In this document: positions 25,976 to 34,602 of the stretch, in pieces
How positions within the stretch are numbered: position 1 is the stretch's first letter
Layout: every line of letters starts with the position of its first letter
Assembly: GCA_964511835.1 (NCBI GenBank)
Contig: CAZEII010000004.1
Coordinates: 64,339 to 128,338, forward strand
Direction of reading: 5' to 3'
Origin: an uncultured Acidobacteriota bacterium
GTDB lineage: Bacteria; Acidobacteriota; Polarisedimenticolia; Polarisedimenticolales; DASRJG01
Length of the DNA: 64,000 nucleotides
Translations under genes and position numbers: made by a program
Notes under the pieces: model-generated
Told to the model about the DNA's origin: nothing
The model's input: the letters and a program-made list of their open reading frames with translations, nothing else
The model's database searches: none

Positions 25976-27853
25976 TCAGGCCGCTGCGCGCTCCGTGGGC
26001 AGGACGAGAGTGAACGTGGCGCCCTGGCCGGGGTCCGAGCGATACCAGACGCTCCCGCCGTGGGCCTCCGCGATCATGCGGACGAGCGGAAGTCCCAGTC
26101 CCGAGCCGCCCGGCTTCGTCGTCACGCGCGTGTCGAACAGCCTCTCCGCGAGGTCCTGAGCGAGACCGGGCCCCGTGTCGGTGACGCTGACGCGCACCAG
26201 CCCATCTCCGGCCGCCGTCTGGAGGGACACCGATCCGCCGCGCGGCATCGCCTGGATCGCGTTGAGCACGAGGTTCAGCACCGCTTGCTGCAAGCGATCG
26301 GGCACGCCGAACACGGACGGCAAATCGGCGTCTCCTTCGAGCTTGATCTCGACGCGCGCTTTCATCGCGGCGTAGGAGAGCAGCTGAATCACGCGGCGGC
26401 AGACCTCGCGGACGTCCACGGGAACGGGCTCGGGGGCCGAGCGAAGGAGCCCGAGATAGTTGTTGAGCAAGTCGGTCAGCCGGCGGGTCTCCTCCTGGAT
26501 CGTGCGGAGCGACTCCGAAATCGCCAGCTCCCGGGCGCTCGTGCCCGGCTTCCCGACGTACTGCTGCACGACGCCGGCGTTCAGCCCGATGGAGTGGAGC
26601 GGGTTACGGATCTCGTGCGCGAGGCTTCCGGCCAGATGGGCGAGAACCGCGAAACGCCCCGCTTCGAGCAGGTGCGCCTCGACCTTGCGCAGCGTCGCGA
26701 GGTCCCGGAGGAGCACGAGCGTCCCGGAAGCCCCGGGCCTCGGCTCGAAGGGGACCTCCGTCAGCTGGACGGGGATGGGATCTTCCCCCTCGCGCTTGAT
26801 CTCGACGCTACGCGACGGGAGGGCGGAGCCAGCGGACCAACCGATGGCGAGCTCGGGGTGATGGTCGAGCGCCGCGCGCACGGCCTTGTCGTCGGCACCG
26901 TCCGCGGCGACGCCCAGGATGCGCAGCGCGGCCCCGTTCCACGCGACGGGCACGCTACGCTCGTCGATCGCGATCATCCCCTCCTCGAGGGACTGCGACA
27001 GGGTCGCCAGGAGCGCTTCCCTCTCCCGGCCGCGCGAATCGAGCGCCTCGAGGCGGCCGCCCATCTCGTTGATCGCGGATACCGTCGAGGCGAGCTCGCC
27101 TCCCAAGCCCAGACGCCCGACGTCGATCCCCCCGCGATACCCGCGCTCGCGGAAATCCCGAAGCGCGCGGTCGAGGCGGCGAACGGGAAGGGCCGTGAGG
27201 CCGGCGACGAGAATCCCTCCGAAGACGCCGGCGAGCACGAAGACGAGGAGAGGCAGCATCGACTCCCGCGGCAGGACGGAGGGCGGGCGAAGCTGCGGGA
27301 GACGCGCGATCAGCGCCGCGTCGGGCGCGTAATCGATGATCAGCGATCCGAGACGCCTCCGCTCCCCTTGCCCCTGGGGCTTCTCGTCGAAGATCGGGAT
27401 CATCACCTCCATGACGCTCTCGCCCGTCCCGGAGTTTTTCGTCCGCCGGACGATCTCGTCGGAGGCGACGAGCGAGGCGATGTCGCCGCCGGTGAAGGTC
27501 AGATCGATGACCGAGGGCTGGTTCGCGAATTGGATCTTCCGGTCGCGGTCGAGCACGAGAAACGCGTTGATGCTCGGGATCTCCCGCAGGACCGCGTGGA
27601 GGCCGTTCGTGATGCTGTCCTTATCGCGCTGCTGGACTTCGGGCTCTTTCTCGAGGCGCAGGAGCAGCGAGCGGGCGATCTCGCTGGCGGAGCCGTCGAA
27701 GACCGACTCGGAAGGAAGGGTCGCGACGCTCCGCTCCCATTGCTCGTAATATCGCTGGAACGACTGGCGAACGAGGTAAAGCGCGAGCAGCCCGGTGAGG
27801 ACGGTGAAAACGGCGCTCACCAGAAAGATCCGAAGGGAGAGCGGGACCCTCAC
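25976..27853 (-). CDS. sensor histidine kinase (periplasmic domain, HAMP, PAS, HisKA, HATPase_c; 625 aa)
   Basis: The GTG at 27853 overlaps the response-regulator stop (GTGA). Two TM helices flank a ~190-aa periplasmic region. H-box is LAHEIRNPL, with N, G1 and G2 boxes (LNLVLNAIQA, DTGPGL, GGSGLGL). Confidence 0.9.
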   Translation of the reverse strand: MRVPLSLRIFLVSAVFTVLTGLLALYLVRQSFQRYYEQWERSVATLPSESVFDGSASEIARSLLLRLEKEPEVQQRDKDSITNGLHAVLREIPSINAFLVLDRDRKIQFANQPSVIDLTFTGGDIASLVASDEIVRRTKNSGTGESVMEVMIPIFDEKPQGQGERRRLGSLIIDYAPDAALIARLPQLRPPSVLPRESMLPLLVFVLAGVFGGILVAGLTALPVRRLDRALRDFRERGYRGGIDVGRLGLGGELASTVSAINEMGGRLEALDSRGREREALLATLSQSLEEGMIAIDERSVPVAWNGAALRILGVAADGADDKAVRAALDHHPELAIGWSAGSALPSRSVEIKREGEDPIPVQLTEVPFEPRPGASGTLVLLRDLATLRKVEAHLLEAGRFAVLAHLAGSLAHEIRNPLHSIGLNAGVVQQYVGKPGTSARELAISESLRTIQEETRRLTDLLNNYLGLLRSAPEPVPVDVREVCRRVIQLLSYAAMKARVEIKLEGDADLPSVFGVPDRLQQAVLNLVLNAIQAMPRGGSVSLQTAAGDGLVRVSVTDTGPGLAQDLAERLFDTRVTTKPGGSGLGLPLVRMIAEAHGGSVWYRSDPGQGATFTLVLPTERAAA

Positions 27854-29229
27854 AACTCGTACTTTTTGACCTTGTTGTGCATCGTCTTGAGTGAGATTCC
27901 CAGGATCTTCGCGGCCCGCGTCTTGTTTCCGGAGGTGTGCAGCAGCGTCGTCCGGATCATTTCCCGCTCCGCGTGGTCCATCGACATCCCGACGGGGAGC
28001 GAGACGACGTCCGACTGCGGCGCCGCGGGCTCGGACGGCCGATCCATCACCGCACCCACGGATTTTTGCACCTCGACCGGCAGGTGCTCCGGCAAGATCG
28101 GGCGGCCCGCGGCGAGAAGCGCGGCGCGCTCGATCGCGTTCTTCAACTCGCGCACGTTCCCCGGCCAGGCGTGCGCCGTGAGCATCTCCGTCGCCCGCGC
28201 GTCGATGACCGATGCGGGGGTGCCGTTGCGCGAGGCGTACTCGTCCGCGAAGTACCGCGCCAGCATCGGAACGTCCTCGCGCCGGTCGCGCAGTGGCGGC
28301 AGGACGATCGTGAAGACGTTGAGCCGGTAGTAGAGATCCTCGCGCAGCTTCCCGTCCGCGATCGCCTTCATCGGGTCGCGGTTGGTCGCGGTCAGCACCC
28401 GGACGTCGGCCTCGATTACGTCGCGCCCGCCGACCCGGCGGAACCGCTGCTCCTGAAGAACGCGCAGGAGCTTCGCCTGGAGGATCTCGTCCATCTCGGC
28501 GATCTCGTCGAGGAACAGCGTCCCGCGGTGCGCCATCTCGAAGCAGCCGATCTTGCGCTGCACGGCGCCCGTGAACGCGCCGCGCTCGTGACCGAAGATC
28601 TCGCTCTCGAGCAGTGTCCCGGGAATTGCCGCGCAATTGATCGCCACGAACTCGTTCTTGCGCCTCAGCGACAGATCGTGGAGCGTCTGGGCGACGAGCT
28701 CCTTACCCGTACCGCTCTCGCCGACGACCAAGACGGAGAGCGTCGACGGGGCGACTTGCTCGATCTGCCGGTAGACCGATCGTATCGCCTCGGAGCTCCC
28801 CCGGAATCGTCCGAACGCACCACGCTCGCGCAACTCGGCTCGCAGCCGCCGGTTCTCGTCGACCAGCTCGCGGGTTCCCGCGAGTTTCTCCAGGAGGATT
28901 TTCAGCTTCCCGGGCTCGACGGGCTTTTCGAGAAAATCCTGCGCACCCAGCTTGACGGCCTCGACCGCCGCCTCGATCGTGCCTTGGCCGGAGAAGACGA
29001 TGATCGGAATCGTCGTGCGCTCCCTGAGCCGGCGTACGAACTCCAAACCGTCGATCCCCGGCATGACCAGATCGGTGATCACGGCGCTGGGAGCTTCCTT
29101 GTCGATGCGCACGAGCGCTTCCTCGGCCGATCCCGCTGCCTCGGAATCGTAGCCCCAGGCTTGGAGGAGGCGCCGCAGACCCTCCCGGGCCCCCGGCTCA
29201 TCGTCTACGACTAGGATGCGGTCGCCCAT
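27850..29229 (-). CDS. sigma-54-dependent NtrC-family response regulator (459 aa)
   Basis: REC domain (ILVVDDEP...DLVMPGIDG). AAA+ domain with GESGTGKE and the GAFTGA loop. C-terminal Fis-type HTH (AAKILGISLKTMHNKVKKY). Confidence 0.95.
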   Translation of the reverse strand: MGDRILVVDDEPGAREGLRRLLQAWGYDSEAAGSAEEALVRIDKEAPSAVITDLVMPGIDGLEFVRRLRERTTIPIIVFSGQGTIEAAVEAVKLGAQDFLEKPVEPGKLKILLEKLAGTRELVDENRRLRAELRERGAFGRFRGSSEAIRSVYRQIEQVAPSTLSVLVVGESGTGKELVAQTLHDLSLRRKNEFVAINCAAIPGTLLESEIFGHERGAFTGAVQRKIGCFEMAHRGTLFLDEIAEMDEILQAKLLRVLQEQRFRRVGGRDVIEADVRVLTATNRDPMKAIADGKLREDLYYRLNVFTIVLPPLRDRREDVPMLARYFADEYASRNGTPASVIDARATEMLTAHAWPGNVRELKNAIERAALLAAGRPILPEHLPVEVQKSVGAVMDRPSEPAAPQSDVVSLPVGMSMDHAEREMIRTTLLHTSGNKTRAAKILGISLKTMHNKVKKYEL

Positions 29230-29307
29230 GTGAACACCTTGAGAAAGGGGCAGTGTGACACGCCCCCAGGCGGACGACCATGTAAGACCTACCTACCCGG
29301 ACCCCAG

Positions 29308-29418
29308 CTATCTGAGCTTCGACATGATCCTGAGAAGGAGGGAAAGGAAGAGGGACGCGGTCCCAAGAGCGGCCCCTACGCTCAGAACGATCGACCCGAC
29401 GAGCAGGAGAAGCTGCAT
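29308..29418 (-). CDS. candidate 36-aa hydrophobic small membrane protein
   Basis: Hand translation gives MQLLLLVGSIVLSVGAALGTASLFLSLLLRIMSKLR, ending at TAG. GGGAG lies 6 nt upstream of the ATG. About 78% G/C at third codon positions. About 80 nt downstream of a sigma-54 promoter motif. Below the ORF-track length cut-off. Confidence 0.45.
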   Translation of the reverse strand: MQLLLLVGSIVLSVGAALGTASLFLSLLLRIMSKLR

Positions 29419-29498
29419 TTTGGACTCCCTGGCCCGGAACTCTCTGGTCCCGGCCCGAGTGGTCGTCTCCTGACATCTCAGGCCGGGTGCAAATTACC

Positions 29499-29514
29499 TG
29501 CAATCCCGTTGCCA
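29499..29514 (-). promoter_or_regulatory. sigma-54 (-24/-12) promoter
   Basis: Minus strand reads TGGCAACGGGATTGCA. This matches TGGCAC-N5-TTGCW with correct GG/GC spacing. It is oriented toward the small ORF and the NtrC-type operon. Confidence 0.6.
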
Positions 29515-29609
29515 TTCAAGCTGGATAATCTGCCGTTATCTTCGGCGGAGGTAGGTCCCGACGTGAAAGCACGACGAAATCCCGGGTCCACGGTATATTC
29601 CGGCTCCCC

Positions 29610-31619
29610 ATGCGAGCCCCCCGAACTTCAATTCTTGTCGTGCGACGACGAGTTCGCATTTCGGCGGCCGGGCTCGCTCTCGCCTTATTGGTCGGTCCTT
29701 GGGGCTGCTCGCGGCAACCCGCCCCACCGTCCCAGACGGCCTCCGATGGCAAAACGGAGGCCGCGATCGGCGGACCGGAAGGCCGGTTCGTGGGCTCCGA
29801 GGCGTGTCGCGAATGCCACGCGCGTGAGTTCCAGGCCTGGTCGGGCAGCCGCCATCACGCGACGCTCCGCACGTGGAAGCAGGGCGAAGCTCTGAGACTG
29901 TCGATCGCAGCCGGCTCCGTTCCGTTTCGAGTCGAGGCGAACGGCTCCGCCGCGGGTCCGGGGAGCGACGGCGTGGAGACGATCGGACAGGTCGCGCTCC
30001 TGATCGGCGGGCGACATCGCGAAGAAGCGATCGTCCGGCTGGCCGATGGACGCATGCAAGTTTTCCCTCTCGCCTTCGACGTGGACCGCAATCAGAGCTT
30101 CGAGCCCCTGAGGGAGATCGCCGGGGGCGAGCGACCTCCCGGCGACGTCGTCGACTTCTGGATGCGCGCGGGACGGAACGCCGACCTAGCGTGCTACGGC
30201 TGTCACGCAACCGGTCAAACTCTATCGATCGCCGCGACGACGCCTTCGGGGCTCGCGCTTCCCGCCTCTCGCTGGGTCGAGCCGGGGGTCGGCTGCGAAG
30301 CGTGCCACGGACCCGGTGGGCCCCACCTCGATGCCGCGCGCGCGGGCAAGCCGATGGCGGTCGCCATGAGAATGCCTCGCGACGGAGGCGTGGCGACGAT
30401 CGACGCCTGCGCGGCCTGTCACGGACTGCGCGACGTCCTCCCCTCGCCGTTCGACGCGTCCCCCGCCCACCTCTACGGCGAGCCGCTTCAGACGGCGGCG
30501 GATCCCCTTCTCTCGGTCGGATCGAACGCCGAGTTCCGGGACCCATTCTTTCCGGATCTCCTCCCGGCGACCTATCAGCAAGAGGCGATCGCCTTCTCGC
30601 AATCGGGATGCGCGCGCAAAGGAGGGATGACCTGCGCGGCCTGCCACGACGTCCACTCGGGCGCGCCCTCCGCCGCGCTGCAGTCGGAGGACGGCGGCAA
30701 CGCGGTCTGCGCGGGCTGCCATGCCGCGGAGGTGGCCGCCGGCGAGAAGCACACCTTTCACGCAACGGGCACGGCAGGGAGTCGGTGCGTCGATTGCCAC
30801 ATGGCTCCGATCGTCCGCGGGCCAGGGCACGAGCCGGCGCGCGACCACTCGATGGCCCCGCCGGTCGCGGGTCCGGGGCAAGTGCCGGCGGCTTGCGCGG
30901 CGTGCCACACCGCTGCCAAGAACGCGGCCGCCGTCGCGGTGGCGTGGAAGCTACGCCCCGAAGGTCGCGCGGCCAAGCGCCGGCTCGAGCTCGGCGCCGC
31001 GGTCGACCTCGCATCGCGGGGCGCTGCCGGATCGGCCGCCGCACTCGCTCGGCTCGCCGATGACGGCGATCGAGGCTGGTTCGTCCGTTGGGCGATGCTC
31101 CAGTACTTGCCGGGCGGGCAGCAGCCCGCCGGCGAGGACGTCCTCGCTCCGGTGCGACGCGCGCTGTCCGATCCCAACCCGGCGATTCGCCGCGCGGCCG
31201 CCAGAGCGTTGGGGCGGTGCGGCAAGCCGTCGGACGTCGAGCTGTTGCAGCGTACGACGGACGACGCCGATCCGTGGACCGCGCTCGAGGCGGCGCATGC
31301 GATGGGCCTGCTCAAGGCGCCGACGGCCGGAGCGCGGCTGCTCCAGCTCTTGAAGCGGTCGGACCTCATTGCCGACGCGCGCGCTCAGTACATGTACGGC
31401 CACGCCTGCTTGGTCGGCCAGGATGCGCCCCGCGCGGAGAAGGCGCTGCGCCGCGCGCTCGAGCTCAATCCGATGATCGTCGGCGCCATCAACGACCTCG
31501 GCCTGGCGCTCGTCGCGCAAGGAAAGCGCGACCAGGCGATCGAAGCGTGGAAGCGGGCGCTCGACATCAATCCGCGCTTCTCCGCCGCGAAGCGCAACCT
31601 CGAGACCGCTAAACCCTGA
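29610..31619 (+). CDS. exported multiheme c-type cytochrome (8 CXXCH) fused to HEAT and TPR repeats (669 aa)
   Basis: Signal peptide ISAAGLALALLVGPWGC. Heme sites are CRECH, CYGCH, CEACH, CAACH, CAACH, CAGCH, CVDCH, CAACH. HEAT-like repeat DPNPAIRRAAARALGRCG. C-terminal TPR (AEKALRRALELNP, AIEAWKRALDINP). Confidence 0.85.
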   Translation: MRAPRTSILVVRRRVRISAAGLALALLVGPWGCSRQPAPPSQTASDGKTEAAIGGPEGRFVGSEACRECHAREFQAWSGSRHHATLRTWKQGEALRLSIAAGSVPFRVEANGSAAGPGSDGVETIGQVALLIGGRHREEAIVRLADGRMQVFPLAFDVDRNQSFEPLREIAGGERPPGDVVDFWMRAGRNADLACYGCHATGQTLSIAATTPSGLALPASRWVEPGVGCEACHGPGGPHLDAARAGKPMAVAMRMPRDGGVATIDACAACHGLRDVLPSPFDASPAHLYGEPLQTAADPLLSVGSNAEFRDPFFPDLLPATYQQEAIAFSQSGCARKGGMTCAACHDVHSGAPSAALQSEDGGNAVCAGCHAAEVAAGEKHTFHATGTAGSRCVDCHMAPIVRGPGHEPARDHSMAPPVAGPGQVPAACAACHTAAKNAAAVAVAWKLRPEGRAAKRRLELGAAVDLASRGAAGSAAALARLADDGDRGWFVRWAMLQYLPGGQQPAGEDVLAPVRRALSDPNPAIRRAAARALGRCGKPSDVELLQRTTDDADPWTALEAAHAMGLLKAPTAGARLLQLLKRSDLIADARAQYMYGHACLVGQDAPRAEKALRRALELNPMIVGAINDLGLALVAQGKRDQAIEAWKRALDINPRFSAAKRNLETAKP

Positions 31620-31623
31620 TCGC

Positions 31624-32412
31624 TCAGCCGCGGCGAAAGAGCCGGGAGGCCCACGAGCGCCGCGTCGGCGACGACTCCCCCTCCCGCAACGGCTCCGGGT
31701 CCCGCCCCTCGAGAAAGGCTCTCGGGATCTCCTCGGTCATGCGATGGGCCGCGTCCTCCCCGATCCAGGACGCCACCGCCCGCTTGGCCGTACTCAGGAC
31801 GGGCGGTCGCCCCCGGGTGTTGTGCGCATCCGAAGCGATGACGTGAACGAGCCGTTTGCGCACCAGCTCTTCGGAGAAATCGGCGACGTCCTCGCCGAAG
31901 AGCCCGGTGACGCTCCCCGTCGTGATCTGGCCGAAGGCTCCGAGTCGGATGACCCCTTCGTAGCGACTGACGTCGTCCTGGAAGTAACGGATGCGCTCCG
32001 GGTGCGCGAAGAGGACCTGGAGCCCGGCGAGCCGCATCCGGAAGACGAGGTTTTCCAGCTCGAGCGGATACTGGGACATCGACAGCTCGAACAGCACCGT
32101 CTTGCCGTTGTCGGCGAGCGTGGGTGCGTGGCCGGACTTGACCCGCTCGAGGAGATCCGCGCTGACGTGGACCTCGGCGCCGGGGAGCACCGAGATCGGG
32201 ATCTTCTCCTCCGCGAGGCGGGCGTTGAGCGTCCCCACCCCCGCGATCACGTCGTCGCGCGTGTTGATGTAGAACCCCTCGCGGTAGTGCGGCGTGGCCA
32301 CGATCGTCGTGACGCCGTCCGCCGCGGCCACGCGCGCGAACTCGATCGCGTCGGCGAGCGTCTTCACACCGTCGTCGACCCCGGGCAGAATGTGCGTGTG
32401 AAGGTCGATCAT
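31624..32412 (-). CDS. CpsB/YwqE-type PHP-domain protein-tyrosine phosphatase (262 aa)
   Basis: MIDLHTHILPGVDDG at the N-terminus, then ATPH, AHPERI and IASDAHN motifs. ATGA overlap with the gpsA stop. Confidence 0.85.
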   Translation of the reverse strand: MIDLHTHILPGVDDGVKTLADAIEFARVAAADGVTTIVATPHYREGFYINTRDDVIAGVGTLNARLAEEKIPISVLPGAEVHVSADLLERVKSGHAPTLADNGKTVLFELSMSQYPLELENLVFRMRLAGLQVLFAHPERIRYFQDDVSRYEGVIRLGAFGQITTGSVTGLFGEDVADFSEELVRKRLVHVIASDAHNTRGRPPVLSTAKRAVASWIGEDAAHRMTEEIPRAFLEGRDPEPLREGESSPTRRSWASRLFRRG

Positions 32413-33434
32413 CGGGCGCTCTCGTGCGCGGACCGCTCCTCGGATCCGAGCGGCCGGGTCATGAGGCGCCGCACGGCGTCCCTCGGATCGCCGTCCTGGT
32501 AGAGGATCCGGTAGACCTCGTCCACGATCGGCATGTCCACGCCGGCCGCCGCCGCGAGGTCCTTGGCCGAGCGGGCCGTGCGAACCCCCTCGGCGACGTG
32601 GGGCATCCGCGCGACGACGTCGGCAAGCCGCTCGCCGCGGCCCAAGGCTTGGCCGACCTGCCGGTTGCGTGACAACCCCCCGGTGCAGGTGAGCACGAGG
32701 TCCCCCAGCGAGGCGAGCCCGGAGAACGTCTCGGGCTGCGCCCCCCGCGCCACGCCGAGGCGCCGGATCTCCGCCAGGCCTCGCGTGATCAAGGCCGCCA
32801 CCGTGTTGTGCCCGTACCCCAGGCCGTCGGTGATCCCCGCCGCGATCGCGACGACGTTCTTGAGCGCCGCGGCGATCTGCACGCCGACGACGTCCGTGTT
32901 CGTGTAGAGCCGGAGCGTTTCTCCCGCGAGACGGTCCTGGATGGCGCGCGCGAGCGCGACATCGTCGGCGGCGACCACGACGGCGGTCGGCACGCCGCGC
33001 GCGACCTCCTCCGCGAACGAGGGACCGGACATCGCCGCGATCGGCGTCGACGGCGCGAGGCAGGACGCCGCGACCTCCGTCGGCAGCAGCAAGGTGCCTT
33101 CCTCGATGCCCTTGGTGGCGACGACGACGGGGACGCGCGGACCGATCGCCGCGCGCAGGCCGCCGTAGAGCCGCCGCGCGAACGGCGTGGGAACGGCGAA
33201 GACGACGATGGTCGTCCCCTCCGCCGCCGCAGCGAGATCGTGCGTGGGAGCCACCGCCGCCGGGACCTCGACACCTGGAAGGAAGACGGGGTTGTCGCGC
33301 CGGTCCAGCATCCGGCGCACGAGATCCTCCTCGTGCATCCAGAGGCGCACGGCAACGTCCCTCCGCCCGAGGCTCACCGCGAGCGCGGTGCCCCACGCGC
33401 CGCCGCCGATGATCCCGACCGGCTCCGGCTTCAT
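32409..33434 (-). CDS. gpsA: NAD(P)H-dependent glycerol-3-phosphate dehydrogenase (341 aa)
   Basis: GIIGGGAWGTALA Rossmann motif. ATKGIE, SGPSFAEEVA, NVVAIAAGI and LTCTGGLSRNRQVG motifs. ATGA overlap with the plsY stop. Confidence 0.95.
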   Translation of the reverse strand: MKPEPVGIIGGGAWGTALAVSLGRRDVAVRLWMHEEDLVRRMLDRRDNPVFLPGVEVPAAVAPTHDLAAAAEGTTIVVFAVPTPFARRLYGGLRAAIGPRVPVVVATKGIEEGTLLLPTEVAASCLAPSTPIAAMSGPSFAEEVARGVPTAVVVAADDVALARAIQDRLAGETLRLYTNTDVVGVQIAAALKNVVAIAAGITDGLGYGHNTVAALITRGLAEIRRLGVARGAQPETFSGLASLGDLVLTCTGGLSRNRQVGQALGRGERLADVVARMPHVAEGVRTARSAKDLAAAAGVDMPIVDEVYRILYQDGDPRDAVRRLMTRPLGSEERSAHESAR

Positions 33435-34045
33435 CGCGATGCGTCCCCTGGGCCCCGGACCCTCCGCGCCAGGCGCGGCTCGGTCCCGTCGCGCATCCTC
33501 GCAAAGTTCCGTCGATGACGCCACGCGATCAAGAGCGCGATCGCCGCAGCCAGGAGCGCGGCGCGTCCTCCCGGTCCGAAGACGAGCACCGCCGCCGGAA
33601 GCACGCAGGCGCCGGCGACGGAGCCCGCGGAGACGAAGCGCGTGACGCCGGCGACGAGCGCAAATACGCCGACCGCGACGGAGGTGGCCGTCGGCGCGAT
33701 GACCGCGTAAGCCCCGGCCGTGGTCGCCACCCCCTTCCCGCCCCGCCCGGAGAGCCAAGGCGAGAACACGTGCCCGACGACGGCGCCCGCCGCGGCCGGC
33801 ACGTCGGCTACGCCGCCGGCAAGACGGCCGGCGATCAGAACCGCGGCGGCTCCTTTGCCGGCATCGAGGAGCAGCGCGGCCGCTCCCGCCGCGGTGCCTG
33901 CGGATCGCTCGAGATTGGTCGCACCGGGATTTCCGCTTCCCTCGTCTCGGAGATCGCGCCCGGTGATCAGGCGATAGAGAACCCAAGCGAACGGAACGCT
34001 TCCGATCGCGGCCCCGATCAGGAGGCCGGTGACCGCCGCGCTCAC
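33431..34045 (-). CDS. plsY: glycerol-3-phosphate acyltransferase PlsY (204 aa)
   Basis: GSVPFAWVL...GSGNPGATN...DAGKG...HVFSPWL..GGKGVAT signature. The GTG at 34045 overlaps the thpR stop (GTGA). Confidence 0.9.
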   Translation of the reverse strand: MSAAVTGLLIGAAIGSVPFAWVLYRLITGRDLRDEGSGNPGATNLERSAGTAAGAAALLLDAGKGAAAVLIAGRLAGGVADVPAAAGAVVGHVFSPWLSGRGGKGVATTAGAYAVIAPTATSVAVGVFALVAGVTRFVSAGSVAGACVLPAAVLVFGPGGRAALLAAAIALLIAWRHRRNFARMRDGTEPRLARRVRGPGDASR

Positions 34046-34602
34046 GGCGCGGCCTCCGCGTCGAAGGGAAACGATGTCAGCTCCGAGTACCTCGAGCCTC
34101 CGGAGCCGAGCTCGCTGCGAAACAGCACGAGTCGCTCCGCCTCGAACGTCCCGAGATCTCCGATCGTGCCGGTCGGGGGAGCGGCGACGCGCAGGCCCTC
34201 GCGCGCGCGCGCCAGGGTCACATGCCCCGTGAACGGGCGCTCCTCTGCGGGAAAGCCTTGCGCCCGGGCGGCGGCTTCGAGGCGCTGCGCCAGCCGCGCG
34301 AGGGGTAGGCCTCGGGTTTCGTCGCGGATCTCGAGCCAGAGCAGGCGAGGCCGCCTCGGGCTCGGGACGACCGAAGCGCCGGTCACCCTGAGCGCGACGC
34401 GCCCCGTACCCGCCGCGGCTTCGCGCCACGCCGCGTCGGAGGAGCGCAGGCGCGCCGGATCGACCTCTCCCAAGAAGCGCATCGTGACGTGAAGCCCCTC
34501 GTCCCGCACGAAGCGCCATCCCGGAACACGCAGATCCCTCGTCGACGACGCGATCGTGCTGCGCAGCACCTCGGGTAGGGGGATGGCGAGAAACGCTCGC
34601 AT
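34042..34602 (-). CDS. thpR: RNA 2',3'-cyclic phosphodiesterase / 2'-5' RNA ligase family (186 aa)
   Basis: Two HxT motifs (HVTMRF and HVTLAR). MRAFLAIPLP N-terminus. The start shares 1 nt with the cinA stop. Confidence 0.88.
   Translation of the reverse strand: MRAFLAIPLPEVLRSTIASSTRDLRVPGWRFVRDEGLHVTMRFLGEVDPARLRSSDAAWREAAAGTGRVALRVTGASVVPSPRRPRLLWLEIRDETRGLPLARLAQRLEAAARAQGFPAEERPFTGHVTLARAREGLRVAAPPTGTIGDLGTFEAERLVLFRSELGSGGSRYSELTSFPFDAEAAP

Noticed and set aside
29255-29473. 72-aa plus-strand ORF in the regulator/cytochrome intergenic region.
   Set aside because: It has no SD and an Arg-rich, non-globular translation. It is antisense to a better-supported small ORF (SD, hydrophobic helix, sigma-54 promoter upstream).
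29524-29540. Inverted repeat GATAA-N7-TTATC just upstream of the sigma-54 promoter, considered as an enhancer-binding site.
   Set aside because: The arms are only 5 bp, and it sits ~10-25 nt from the -24 element, whereas upstream activating sequences (UAS) usually lie 80-150 nt upstream. It cannot be distinguished from chance.
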